DNA of 63,984 bases, the filler included. It is 10 parts of 10 records of this genome, joined end to end, with 100 filler letters (N's around TTAATTAATTAA, not from the genome) between each part and the next. Parts side by side here need not be neighbours in the genome. Positions count along the whole stretch, not along the records: positions 1 to 6,804 come from SRR31147125_105703; positions 6,905 to 17,297 come from SRR31147125_105704; 8 more parts are not named here. One strand, written 5' to 3'. Below the pieces are notes generated by a model. That model saw nothing but the letters and a program-made list of their open reading frames with translations. It did no database searches and was not told the origin of the DNA. The stretch's first letter is position 1; each line of letters opens with the position of its first letter. This document shows, piece by piece, positions 1 through 10,026 of the stretch. Both the position numbers and the translations under genes were made by a program.

Positions 1-2
1 AA

Positions 3-302
3 AGTTGCGATAAGTACTACGCCGTTGTAAAGGATATACACGGGGCTTTTACCAATGTAGGAGTGTCGCTGGCATTTTTTGAGTCGGAAGATGGTTTAAA
101 CTGGCAACCGGCAGCCAACCAGCTTGCGTCGAAATTGGAAGTACAGTGGGAAGATGGAACAAAACAGAAGCTGGCAAAGCTTGAACGTGCCCAGATTCTT
201 TTGGAAGATGGCGAGCCTGTTATGATGTATTGTGCATCGGGTTGGATGGATGAATTTCCTGGGAAAACGTTTAATATTCACATTCCACTAAAAATGGAAT
301 AA
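3..302 (+). CDS. C-terminal part of a beta-propeller glycoside hydrolase (GH43/GH117-like clan), truncated by window start
   Basis: Frame is open from base 3 (KYYAVVKDIHGAFT...FESEDGLNWQP...KLERAQILLEDGEP...TFNIHIPLK). The SxDGxxW box and LERxQ motif are typical of these propeller hydrolases. Confidence 0.6.
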   Translation, partial: SCDKYYAVVKDIHGAFTNVGVSLAFFESEDGLNWQPAANQLASKLEVQWEDGTKQKLAKLERAQILLEDGEPVMMYCASGWMDEFPGKTFNIHIPLKME

Positions 303-324
303 CAACGAAAAAATTAGACAAATC

Positions 325-2508
325 ATGATAAAAAAGAAGCTAATAAATAGTGTAATTCTGGCAATTTGTGTGTTGCTGAGTTCTTGTTCAATTTCCGATA
401 AGGAACAGCTTGTAGTAAAAGACGGAACGTATAAATTGCAGGTAAATTCCACAAACTTGCAGTTGCAGTTTGAAGAACAGAATACCGGAATTGTGGTTCC
501 CGGAGATACCGTTTCAGGATTATTCTTAAACGAGGAGCCTGTTGTAAGTACCGAAGTTGTTGAAAAATCGGAAAGTGGAATTTTGTTATCGGCGACTACT
601 TCTGGAGGTAACAAGGCAAAGGTTAACATCACCTTTAAAAATGGAATTTCAACCGTAAGTGTTGAACCCGAAAAGCAAGGAAGAAACAAAGTGTCGCTTC
701 GTTTTGGAGGAATGCCCGTGGCACATGGTTTAGGTGATGCCGGAGGCTGGAATAAAACATTTGACCTTGCCGGTGATGAAGAACTTACCTTCAATATTGT
801 AAACGACGGAGGAGGCAGACGGTGGACAAGTACATTTGCCATATTCCCACAAAATAAGTTTGCCGGCGTATTTTTCGACCGAGGTAAAAAGAGTGTTGTA
901 CTTTCAGAAAATACCTATCGGTTAAATACAGAAATTGAGGGAAAGTCAACCTTCTATTTTTTCACGGGAGAAACCAAAGAAATTTATGCAAACTATAAAA
1001 AAGTTCGGAACGAAGTTGGTTTCGAAGATATTAAACCTAAATCGCGTCTTTTTGAATTGGGCTGGGAATCGTGGGATGCACTGGGGTGGAACACGAATCA
1101 GGAAACCGTAAAAGATATTTTGGCAAAATTTCATAACGAAGGTTATCCAATTCGTTGGGCTGTAACCGGCTCCGGTTTTTGGGACGAAGGTGGAACAACT
1201 ACCAGTTTTGGACGATTTGGAGAGAAATTTCCGAAACCAGACGAGTTTAAAAGTTGGATGCACCAAAACGATATTTACTGGATGATTGGACTGCGCACCA
1301 ACCTTATTCCGCCGGGTGGACCTTATTTCCCAAAAACAAAAAAGCGGGATAAAAACTTGAAAGTAAAATCGTATTATGGAAACGATGTAACAGATGAAGC
1401 CCTTTCGCAAAACCTGCTTTTAAACGATGTTGAAAACCAAGCTCAATTGACTACATCAACTATTTTTCCCATTGTCCCCTGTTATTTAATCGATGGTAAT
1501 AAGCAGGGAGCCGCAGTTTGGTTCCAAAAGAAATATGCAAAATGGAAAGTGGATGGTATAAAGGAAGATACCATGATGGATTTAAAGGAAGAGACATCGA
1601 TATTTAATAAACCCATTGCCAAAATTGCCACCGAAGGAGGACATGTAATGGCGCGTTGCGGCGAGTTTTCGGCTCCCGGTACATTGCTCCGGATTAACGA
1701 TACCGGTGTAGGTTCAATGCAAAACCGAACTACTATAAATTACTTGCAATACGCAGCAAGCGGGGCTCCAAACGTTTATTCCGATGTGTGTGGTGTTCAC
1801 AATATGCACAATGTAAAAGCTATTGATGCTAACATTCGTCATACTTGGTTATTGTCGTTAACAGCAGGAATGGCTGTTGGTGCATTCCCATCGAAGTGGT
1901 CGGCTGATGAACAAACTACATTTAAAAAGGCGGTTGATTTTCATTATTCCTTGGTTCCGTATTTATACAGTGCCGGAATGCAATCTTACGAAACCGGATT
2001 TCCTTATACTTTAACGCCAATGAGCATTGCTTTTTCTGAAGATAACACTGCTGTTGAATTTGAAAATTTCCAGTGGATGATTGGTGAATCGGTTTTGGCA
2101 ACACCACTTCTGAAAAATTACAAGGATGGCAAAAAGGATGTTTACCTGCCCGAAGGAATTTGGTTTGATTGGGAAAGCGGAAAGAAATTTACTGGTCCGC
2201 TTACTTTAGAGAATTATGAAATTGCTTTAAATAAGGTGCCATGTTTTATCGGTGGTAAAGGAGTTGTTCTGCTAAGAGACAATGAAACAGAAAAACTTAC
2301 TGTGCGTGTTTATGAGGTCGAAAAAAAATCCGTTACTGAATTTTATACGCTTGACGATGGTGAAAGATATACAATTGAAGTTGGTGGTGTAAATCTCGAA
2401 AAAGCCTCAATTCAGAATATGACAAAAGGTGAAAAAGTTGCTTTTGAAAAAGGGGAGGGATTTATTCAATTCCCAGTTATTGAAGGAAATAGTTATCGAG
2501 TAAAATAA
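325..2508 (+). CDS. GH31-like glycoside hydrolase, probable lipoprotein
   Basis: Lipobox-like LLSSC. Has KFPKP, candidate nucleophile region VDGIKEDTM, the YSLVPYLYS..YETGFP motif and QWMIGESVLATP...VYLPEGIWFDW, all typical of GH31. Confidence 0.75.
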   Translation: MIKKKLINSVILAICVLLSSCSISDKEQLVVKDGTYKLQVNSTNLQLQFEEQNTGIVVPGDTVSGLFLNEEPVVSTEVVEKSESGILLSATTSGGNKAKVNITFKNGISTVSVEPEKQGRNKVSLRFGGMPVAHGLGDAGGWNKTFDLAGDEELTFNIVNDGGGRRWTSTFAIFPQNKFAGVFFDRGKKSVVLSENTYRLNTEIEGKSTFYFFTGETKEIYANYKKVRNEVGFEDIKPKSRLFELGWESWDALGWNTNQETVKDILAKFHNEGYPIRWAVTGSGFWDEGGTTTSFGRFGEKFPKPDEFKSWMHQNDIYWMIGLRTNLIPPGGPYFPKTKKRDKNLKVKSYYGNDVTDEALSQNLLLNDVENQAQLTTSTIFPIVPCYLIDGNKQGAAVWFQKKYAKWKVDGIKEDTMMDLKEETSIFNKPIAKIATEGGHVMARCGEFSAPGTLLRINDTGVGSMQNRTTINYLQYAASGAPNVYSDVCGVHNMHNVKAIDANIRHTWLLSLTAGMAVGAFPSKWSADEQTTFKKAVDFHYSLVPYLYSAGMQSYETGFPYTLTPMSIAFSEDNTAVEFENFQWMIGESVLATPLLKNYKDGKKDVYLPEGIWFDWESGKKFTGPLTLENYEIALNKVPCFIGGKGVVLLRDNETEKLTVRVYEVEKKSVTEFYTLDDGERYTIEVGGVNLEKASIQNMTKGEKVAFEKGEGFIQFPVIEGNSYRVK

Positions 2509-2513
2509 GTAAT

Positions 2514-4169
2514 ATGAGTATAGTTGATTATTCAGTAATAATAATATTCTCAGTTCTGATTGTAATGGCAGGACTTTCGTTTCGCAAGCGCGGTTCCGAT
2601 ATGAAATCGTACTTTGCAGCGGGTGGGGCAGTGCCTTGGTCAATTAGCGGCTTATCGCTGTTTATGAGTTTTTTCTCAGCCGGTACATTTGTGGTTTGGG
2701 GCTCCATTGCTTACGAACTTGGATTTGTAGCGGTTACCATTCAGCTAACCATGTGTTTTGGTGGGTTTATAGTTGCCTATTACATTGCACCGGGCTGGAA
2801 ACGCACCAACAGTTTAACAGCTGCCGAATTTGTGCGTAAACGTTTGGGCGATAAAACACAAAAGTTTTATACTTATTTAATCCTGATTCTATCCCTGGCT
2901 TATACCGGAGCATTTTTATATCCGGTTGCTAAAATTGTAAATGTTTCAACTGGTTTTTCCATTGAAGCCTGCGTAATAATCCTTGGATTACTGATTTTAC
3001 TTTACACTGTTGTTGGTGGTTTGTGGGCAGTAATTATAACCGATGTTTTGCAGTTTGTTATCTTAACTGCTGCAGTTTTAATTGTGGTAATTCTATCCAT
3101 CGATTCGGTTGGTGGAATGTCGGAATTTGTAGCAAAAGCACCCGAGAATTTTTTCAATATAACCAGTAGTGAATATAACATATGGTTTTTAGTCGCTTTT
3201 GCCATTTACAATACCATATTTATAGGTGGAAACTGGGCCTATGTACAACGATATACAAGTGTTAAAACTCCGAAGGATGCTAAAAAAGTAGGGCTTTCGT
3301 TTGGGTGGTTGTACTTGTTAAGCCCGCTGGTTTGGATGTTGCCACCAATGGTATATCGGGTTATGAATCCCGAGTTAAGTGGTCTGGAAAACGAAGGCGC
3401 GTATTTATTGGCTTGTAAACAAGTGCTTCCTACCGGAATGCTGGGATTAATGTTGGGAGGAATGATTTTCGCAACTGCAAGTTCGGTAAACACTACTTTA
3501 AACCTGGCAGCCTCTGTTATTACCAACGATATCTACAAAGTACTTAAACCAAAAGCTTCGGTAAAATCGGTTATGCAGGTTGCAAAACTATCTACTCTTA
3601 TTTTTGGATTGGCAACAATTGTAGTTGCCTTGATGGTTCCAGCGGCAGGAGGAATAGTGAATGTAGTATTAAGTATTGGAGCAGTTACCGGTTGTTCGTT
3701 ATATGGACCACCAATCTGGGCAATATTCTCAAAACGTCATACTGGTAAATCAATACTATGGATTACGGCTGGTAGTTTGGCGATAAATGTTGCAGTTAAA
3801 TTTTTGGCAGAACAAGTAACCGGAGCTGCATTAAGCCGCGGAAATGAAATGTTATTGGGAGCAGTTTTACCACTTGTTATGTTATTGGTTTATGAGCTAT
3901 ATGCCATTTATCGTCAACAAGTATGCACACAATATTTACAGTACAAAGAAAATCTCCAAACTATAAAAACAGAATCCGAAACATCGGAACAAAATACATT
4001 TGGATTAAAAGTATTAGCTGTTACACTTTCCATTGTTGGTGTAATGATTGCTATATTGGGCGGACTTGCTGAAAGTTCCAAAAGCCTGGTAATTACTGTT
4101 GGTCTTGTTGTAATATTCTTAGCAGTTGTTATTTACCCATCACTAAAAATTAAAAAGCTTACAAAATGA
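2514..4169 (+). CDS. Sodium:solute symporter (SSS) family transporter
   Basis: About 14 hydrophobic segments. Motifs YFAAGGAVPW, GGLWAVIITDVLQF, VQRY and ASSVNTTLN. Confidence 0.92.
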   Translation: MSIVDYSVIIIFSVLIVMAGLSFRKRGSDMKSYFAAGGAVPWSISGLSLFMSFFSAGTFVVWGSIAYELGFVAVTIQLTMCFGGFIVAYYIAPGWKRTNSLTAAEFVRKRLGDKTQKFYTYLILILSLAYTGAFLYPVAKIVNVSTGFSIEACVIILGLLILLYTVVGGLWAVIITDVLQFVILTAAVLIVVILSIDSVGGMSEFVAKAPENFFNITSSEYNIWFLVAFAIYNTIFIGGNWAYVQRYTSVKTPKDAKKVGLSFGWLYLLSPLVWMLPPMVYRVMNPELSGLENEGAYLLACKQVLPTGMLGLMLGGMIFATASSVNTTLNLAASVITNDIYKVLKPKASVKSVMQVAKLSTLIFGLATIVVALMVPAAGGIVNVVLSIGAVTGCSLYGPPIWAIFSKRHTGKSILWITAGSLAINVAVKFLAEQVTGAALSRGNEMLLGAVLPLVMLLVYELYAIYRQQVCTQYLQYKENLQTIKTESETSEQNTFGLKVLAVTLSIVGVMIAILGGLAESSKSLVITVGLVVIFLAVVIYPSLKIKKLTK

Positions 4170-6454
4170 TTCAGGAGGAGTTTAAAAATTCACGTCAAAA
4201 TAAAAATGTAAAAATTAATGTTGATTTAGCAGTTTCCGGCGGCGGGCTTTCAGGTGTTTGTACGGCTATTGTGGCTGCCCGACAGGGATTAAAAGTTGTG
4301 CTGGTACAAGATAGACCTGTACTTGGCGGAAATGCTTCAAGTGAAATACGATTGTGGGCTTTGGGCGCCACTTCTCACATGGGTAACAACAACCGTTGGT
4401 CGCGCGAAAGTGGATTAATCAACGAGATTTTACTTGAGAACCTAAAGCGAAACAAAGAAGGTAACCCATTGATATTTGATACTGTTCTTTTGGAAAAAGT
4501 ACTCGAAGAAAAAAGCATTACACTTTTGCTTAATACGGCAGTTTATGAAGTGCAAAAAGAAAATGATAAAAAGATAGAAAGTTTTGATGCTTTTTGCAGC
4601 CAGAACTCGACCAATTATCGCATAAATGCCGCTTACTTTTGCGATGCTACGGGAGATGGAATTGTTTCCTTTTTAGCCGGGGCATCATTTAGAATGGGGG
4701 CTGAAAAAGCAGACGAATTTGACGAAGGATTTGCACCAAATATTGAAGATTATGGCGATTTGTTGGGACACTCGCTTTATTTCTATACAAAAGATGTGGG
4801 CAAGCCGGTTAGCTATATTGCACCGTCGTTTGCCATTAAAAATGCAGCAGAATTACCACGCATAAAAAACTATCAGTTTAACCAGCATGGTTGCAAATTG
4901 TGGTGGGTTGAATATGGTGGTCGTTTGGATACCATACACCAGTCTGAAGACATAAAAATGGAACTTTGGAAAGTGGTATATGGTATTTGGGATTATGTGA
5001 AAAACAGTGGAGAATATCCCGAAGCCGAGAATCTAGCATTAGAATGGGTGGGGACAATTCCTGGTAAACGCGAAAGCCGCCGATTTAATGGCGACTACAT
5101 GCTTAACCAAAAAGATGTTGTTGAACAACGCGACCATTATGACCGTGTTGCCCATGGTGGCTGGGCAATGGATTTACATCCAGCCGATGGAATTTACAGT
5201 AAACACAGTTCGTGCTCGCAATGGCATGGCAAAGGTGTTTATTCGATTCCGTACCGTTGCTATTACAGTAAAGACATTGATAACCTGTTTTTGGCAGGTC
5301 GAATAATTAGTGCATCGCATGTAGCTTTTGGCTCGTCGCGTGTAATGCTTACTTGTGCTTTGGGAGCGCAGGCGGTTGGAATGGCAGCTGCCTTGTGTCT
5401 GAAAAATAACTTTACGAACCGGGAGTTAGGGGCTGAAGAACATATTGGAGAACTTCAAATTGAATTAAATAAAATTGGTCAAAGTATTCCTCGTTTGGAT
5501 TGGGAAGATGCTTCTGATTTAACACAGAAAGCAATCATTACTTCATCTTCGGAATTCGAATTAGAAAAATTTGAAGAGAATGGTAAATGGCAAAAACTTA
5601 CCTTTAGTACAGCTCAACTGCTACCGTTGGAGATTAAAAAGAAATACAGCTTTAAACTAAAGGTTCGTGCCGAAAAGAATACAACCTTGGAAGTTCAGCT
5701 TAAAACCAGCACTTCGCATAAACATTTTACACCCGATGTAATTCTTGAAAAACAGGAATTTGAATTGTCAGAAGGCGAACAGGAAATTAAAATCCAGTCG
5801 CATTTTGAGCTGGAAGAAAACAAATATGTTTACCTCGCGTTTATGCAAAACGAAAAGGTGGAAGTGGCATTAAGTGAAAAGCTTATTACCGGAGTAATGA
5901 CTGTTCAGAATAAAATAAATAAAGCCGTTTCGAACTATGGGAAACAAGAACCACCTCAAGGTATTGGCATGGATGCATTTGAATTTTGGACGCCGGAACG
6001 TAGACCTTACGGAAAAAATCTGGCTTTGAGTATTAACCCGGCTATTACGAAATTTGCTGTTGAGAATATTCAGAATGGCGATATTCGACCTACATCAGAC
6101 ACTCAAATAAATGCGTGGGTGGCTGAATTGGAAGATGAAAAACCAGAGCTTATTTTAAAGTGGGATTCGCCCATAGAAATCAATAACATAACTCTGTTTT
6201 TTGATGCCGACTACGACCATGCTTTGGAATGCAACCATATGGAGCATCCCGAATCTGAAATTCCTTTTGTTGTTTCAGATTACCAAATTTATGATGGGGA
6301 CGAGAATCTTGTTTTTGAGAAGAGAGGGAACTTTCAGTCAATAAATGATATAGTGGTAGATGGTTTTGTACAAACGGAAAAGCTTCGTTTTGTATTTAAT
6401 CAGAAACACAAAAATGTACCAGTTACGCTGTTTAAGCTAATTGTACGCATCTAA
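4166..6454 (+). CDS. FAD-dependent oxidoreductase (FAD_oxidored/PF12831-like) with long C-terminal beta-rich region
   Basis: GGGLSG dinucleotide motif, QDRPVLGGNASSE, DATGDG, GKRESRR, YSIPYRC and NLFLAGR. ATGA overlap with the SSS stop. Confidence 0.85.
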   Translation: MIQEEFKNSRQNKNVKINVDLAVSGGGLSGVCTAIVAARQGLKVVLVQDRPVLGGNASSEIRLWALGATSHMGNNNRWSRESGLINEILLENLKRNKEGNPLIFDTVLLEKVLEEKSITLLLNTAVYEVQKENDKKIESFDAFCSQNSTNYRINAAYFCDATGDGIVSFLAGASFRMGAEKADEFDEGFAPNIEDYGDLLGHSLYFYTKDVGKPVSYIAPSFAIKNAAELPRIKNYQFNQHGCKLWWVEYGGRLDTIHQSEDIKMELWKVVYGIWDYVKNSGEYPEAENLALEWVGTIPGKRESRRFNGDYMLNQKDVVEQRDHYDRVAHGGWAMDLHPADGIYSKHSSCSQWHGKGVYSIPYRCYYSKDIDNLFLAGRIISASHVAFGSSRVMLTCALGAQAVGMAAALCLKNNFTNRELGAEEHIGELQIELNKIGQSIPRLDWEDASDLTQKAIITSSSEFELEKFEENGKWQKLTFSTAQLLPLEIKKKYSFKLKVRAEKNTTLEVQLKTSTSHKHFTPDVILEKQEFELSEGEQEIKIQSHFELEENKYVYLAFMQNEKVEVALSEKLITGVMTVQNKINKAVSNYGKQEPPQGIGMDAFEFWTPERRPYGKNLALSINPAITKFAVENIQNGDIRPTSDTQINAWVAELEDEKPELILKWDSPIEINNITLFFDADYDHALECNHMEHPESEIPFVVSDYQIYDGDENLVFEKRGNFQSINDIVVDGFVQTEKLRFVFNQKHKNVPVTLFKLIVRI

Positions 6455-6516
6455 AAAAAGATTAAAAAGTTGAGGTATCTGCATAATTAACTATCATTTG
6501 CATTGAGTATTCAAAC

Positions 6517-6804
6517 ATGAAAATCAGCAAAGAAAGTATTTCGGAAAATGAAACTTTTACCGTAAATATTGACGTACAAAACATTGGTAATTACGATGGC
6601 GAAGAGGTTGTGCAGCTATACATCTGCGACAAGGTGGCATCAATTACCCGCCCACTAAAAGAATTGAAAGGATTTCAGAAAGTAGCTGTTTCAAAAGGCG
6701 AAACCAAAACCGTATCATTTAAAATTTCAGAAGAAGATTTGAAGTTTTACAACGGTCAACTTGATTTTGCAGAGACATTTCTCGATTTAGCAGAAGCTCC
6801 AATT
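6517..6804 (+). pseudogene. Isolated GH3 beta-glucosidase C-terminal Fn3-like domain ending in a sulfatase-like stretch; runs into contig end
   Basis: NIGNYDGEEVVQLYICDKVASITRPLKELKGFQKV is the BglX Fn3-like signature. No catalytic domains lie upstream. Confidence 0.65.
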
Positions 6805-6904
6805 NNNNNNNNNNNNNNNNNNNNNNNNNNNNNNNNNNNNNNNNNNNNTTAATTAATTAANNNNNNNNNNNNNNNNNNNNNNNNNNNNNNNNNNNNNNNN
6901 NNNN
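6805..6904. other. Artificial contig spacer
   Basis: N44-TTAATTAATTAA-N44, which gives stops in all six frames. Confidence 0.98.
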
Positions 6905-7237
6905 AAAAAGAGGCTGGGCCGTCAGGGCCAACATTCCCATAAATAGAGATCCGAAAAAAGCGAAGTAAATGCCTTGCCACAACGATCGACTGACGCCGTC
7001 CTTATCGCCGCGTCCCGTGTATTGGGCAATGAAGACATTGACATATCCGGCCACGCCGAGAAAGAAAGAGGTAAACAAAAATGAGCTGATGCCGGCGGGA
7101 GTGGCAGCGGCAAGGGCATCCAAATCGTAGTTACCAAGAAAGACGCGATCGGTAAATTCCATTACAGTGGTGGCACCCATGCTCAGCACCAGTGGAAGGC
7201 TCACCCGGAGCACTTCTTTATAACGGACTACGTTCAT
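6905..7237 (-). CDS. MATE family efflux transporter, N-terminal part (truncated); in frame with upstream ygiQ
   Basis: MNVVRYKEVLRVSLPLVLSMGATTVMEFTDRVFLGNYDLDALAA...IAQYTGRGD is a typical MATE start. Confidence 0.85.
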
Positions 7238-9355
7238 TTTCGTCGGCCTTTTTTCTTCGTCGGTTTTTTTCAAAGAGTGATTTACATGGCTGAAGTTTGC
7301 GGTTTTGTGACCGGCCTTCCGCTCTCTTTTGGGGGAAGAGTTTTTCTTTTGCTTACCTGATTTGCCCAATACTTTTTCTTCATAAGCGGGGAATTCATTT
7401 CTACACGATGTGGGACCCAAGGTTTTTTTCTTTGAAGCGCCTGAGTGTGACCGGGAATCCGATTTTTGGTGTTGAGCGCCCCTTTTCGATGGCCCGGTCA
7501 ACGCAAATTTCTGTTTTTCCTTTTGGGCCGGATCTTTCTCTACAAAGAGCGACTTTCCGGACTCTGGCGATTGCCCCGTATAATACATGAGTGTTGAAAG
7601 GGTCGATGGGGTCGGGGTAAACACCTGCACCTGTTCCGGTTTGATTTGGAGCTGACGACCGGTAAAAGAAGCGGTGCTTCTCATGTCCTCAACGGAACAA
7701 CCGGGGTGTGCCGCAATGAAGTAGTAGGTTAAGAATTGTTTTTTGTTCTCTTTTTTTGAAATCGCATCGAACCGTTTTTTGAATGCAAGCAAAGAATCCG
7801 TCCCGGGTTTTCCCATCAGATTCAAGACGTGGGGCTCTGTGTGTTCCGGTGCCAGCTTCATCTGACCGGATACATGGTGGCGGGTCACCAGATCAAGATA
7901 TCTTCCTCCGGACTTGGAATCGGAAAACACCAGGTCGGGGCGAATGCCGGATGCTGTGAAGACCCGTCTAATCCCTTTGATGGAGCGAATTTTTTGAAGT
8001 AAATTACATAGAGGGGCATGATCCGGGTTTAACTGCTTGCAAATGTCAGGAAACATGCAGCGCTGATGGGAGCAAGCCCCCTTTTTAAGTTTCTTTTGAC
8101 ACTCAAATCCATACATGTTTGCTGTCGGGCCCCCCACATCGGAGATGATCCCTTTGAAATCCGGATGTTTTAAAAACCGTTCGACTTCTTTCAGAATGGA
8201 TGCTTCATTTCGCCATCGTACGGTTCTGCCCTCGTGAATGGCAATGGCGCAGAAATTACATTCTCCATAGCAGCCTCTGTGGGTGGAAATGGAAAACTGT
8301 ATGGTATCCAGTGCTTTGACGTTTCCCTCTTTCTTGTAATGCGGGTGGACATCTCTTTCAAAATCAAGATCTGCAAGGCGATCCATTTCGGTCGTATCCG
8401 GTGGCAATGCCGGAGGGGTATGCACTAAGTAGCGGCTGTCCTGCTTCTGAACCAGCCCTTTGGCCGTCAGTGGATCGCAGTTTTGGTAAAAGGTAAGAAA
8501 GCTCTCTTTGAATTGCGTGATGTTGCGGAGTGTTTTTCCAGATACCTCTGCATAACCGGGAAGTTCCAGATATTGATGGTATTGATCCGGCGCCGTTTTG
8601 GAAATATAGCAAAGTCCTCTGATTTGCGAGATATCCTCTGGAATCACCAGAGACTCAGAATGCTCCGAGTGTTCGGAAGCCTCCCCCTTTTTTTGATTTC
8701 GATGCGTCGTGTGTGACGGGATGGAAGAGGGGAGGGGGGCTGAAATTAAGTTGTTGCATGTGGGGATATATGTATTGTCAAATGGAGCGCGGCTTCTGTT
8801 CTTTTGCTGTAAAAATTTAGCCAGGGAGAGCGTTGCTTCTTCTCCCATGCCGTAGATCAGGTAATCGGCCTTGGCATCAAAAAGAATGGATCTTCGAATG
8901 GAGTTCGACCAGTAATCATAATGGCAGATGCGCCTGAGGCTCGCTTCGATGCCCCCCAGGACAATGGGTACGGTCTGTTTGAAATAGCGGCGAATCAGGT
9001 TGCTGTATGCAATCACCGCTCGATCCGGCCGTCTGTTATTGATGCCGCCCGGCGTATAGTCGTCGCTTTTTCGACGTTTTTTGAGGGCCGTGTAATTGGA
9101 GACCATGGAGTCAACCGCACCGGAGGTAATGCCCCAAAAGAGGATCGGCTCTCCAAGCCGTGAAATGTCGATATCCGAATTCATGGTCGGCTGGGCAATG
9201 ATTCCTACACGATAGCCTTGACGGATCAACAGTTTTCCAATGACGGCAACGCCTGTGAATGGGGAGTCGATATAGGTATCCCCGGAGATGAGGATCACAT
9301 CCAACGCCTTCCAGCCTAAACGATCCAGTTCTTGCCTGGTTGTGGGAATAAACAT
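7238..9355 (-). CDS. ygiQ: YgiQ/UPF0313 family radical SAM protein
   Basis: FIPTTRQEL...DVILISGDTYIDSP, GGIEASLRR, CxxxCxxC (RGCYGECNFC), DVGGPTANMY, LAPEH, YFIAAHPGC and QVQVFTPTP. Confidence 0.92.
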
Positions 9356-9361
9356 GGGGCC

Positions 9362-9970
9362 TTATTGATGGTACTCGACCATTTCCCGGATGTAGCGGAA
9401 TAGGGTGCGGGAGGATTTCGGCATTTTTTGTGCCCCTTTGGCGTTGGCAGTGCTTTTATTTTCCGGTTTTTGAGATGCCTTTAGTGTCTCATTGGCGGCA
9501 TTGCGGACGAGTTGGGCTAACCGCTGCCGTTCCGTTTCAGGATACTCATCCAGGAATTGCTCCATGGTACTGACGGGATCGTCATTGCCTTTAACACGAT
9601 CGGGATTCACTTTTTTTGAGGGGGATATGACCTCCATGGCCTCGAAAATCATCTCGTCACGCCACACCTCAAGGGCTTTGAACCGACGCTCTGCATCAAA
9701 CCGGCCTCTGGATATGTTTGCGATTGCCGCTTCTATGGGCTCGGGATCGAGTTTACGCATGATGCTGCCAATGAATTGAAGTTGACGTCTTTTGGCACCG
9801 TGTTTATTCATCCCCTGCCCCTGGGCCGCCAGAACCGCATCTTTTAATTTATCCGGTATCTCCATTTTCAGGATTTCCGTTTCCGGAAGCGCCACAAGGG
9901 ATTCCCCCAACTTTTGCAGCTTTTCAGCATGGCGTTTTTTTTGGGTTTTACTTGGTCGTTCTTTTTCCAT
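9362..9970 (-). CDS. yjgA: Ribosome-associated protein YjgA/DarP (DUF615)
   Basis: PSKTQKKR..LQKLGESLVAL, KRRQLQFIGSIMR, ERQRLAQLVRNA and SRTLFRYIRE. Confidence 0.88.
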   Translation of the reverse strand: MEKERPSKTQKKRHAEKLQKLGESLVALPETEILKMEIPDKLKDAVLAAQGQGMNKHGAKRRQLQFIGSIMRKLDPEPIEAAIANISRGRFDAERRFKALEVWRDEMIFEAMEVISPSKKVNPDRVKGNDDPVSTMEQFLDEYPETERQRLAQLVRNAANETLKASQKPENKSTANAKGAQKMPKSSRTLFRYIREMVEYHQ

Positions 9971-10026
9971 GCCATCATTTTCCTTAACTCATAAAATGAC
10001 TACCGCCCAAGCGGCGTAATGGTGTG

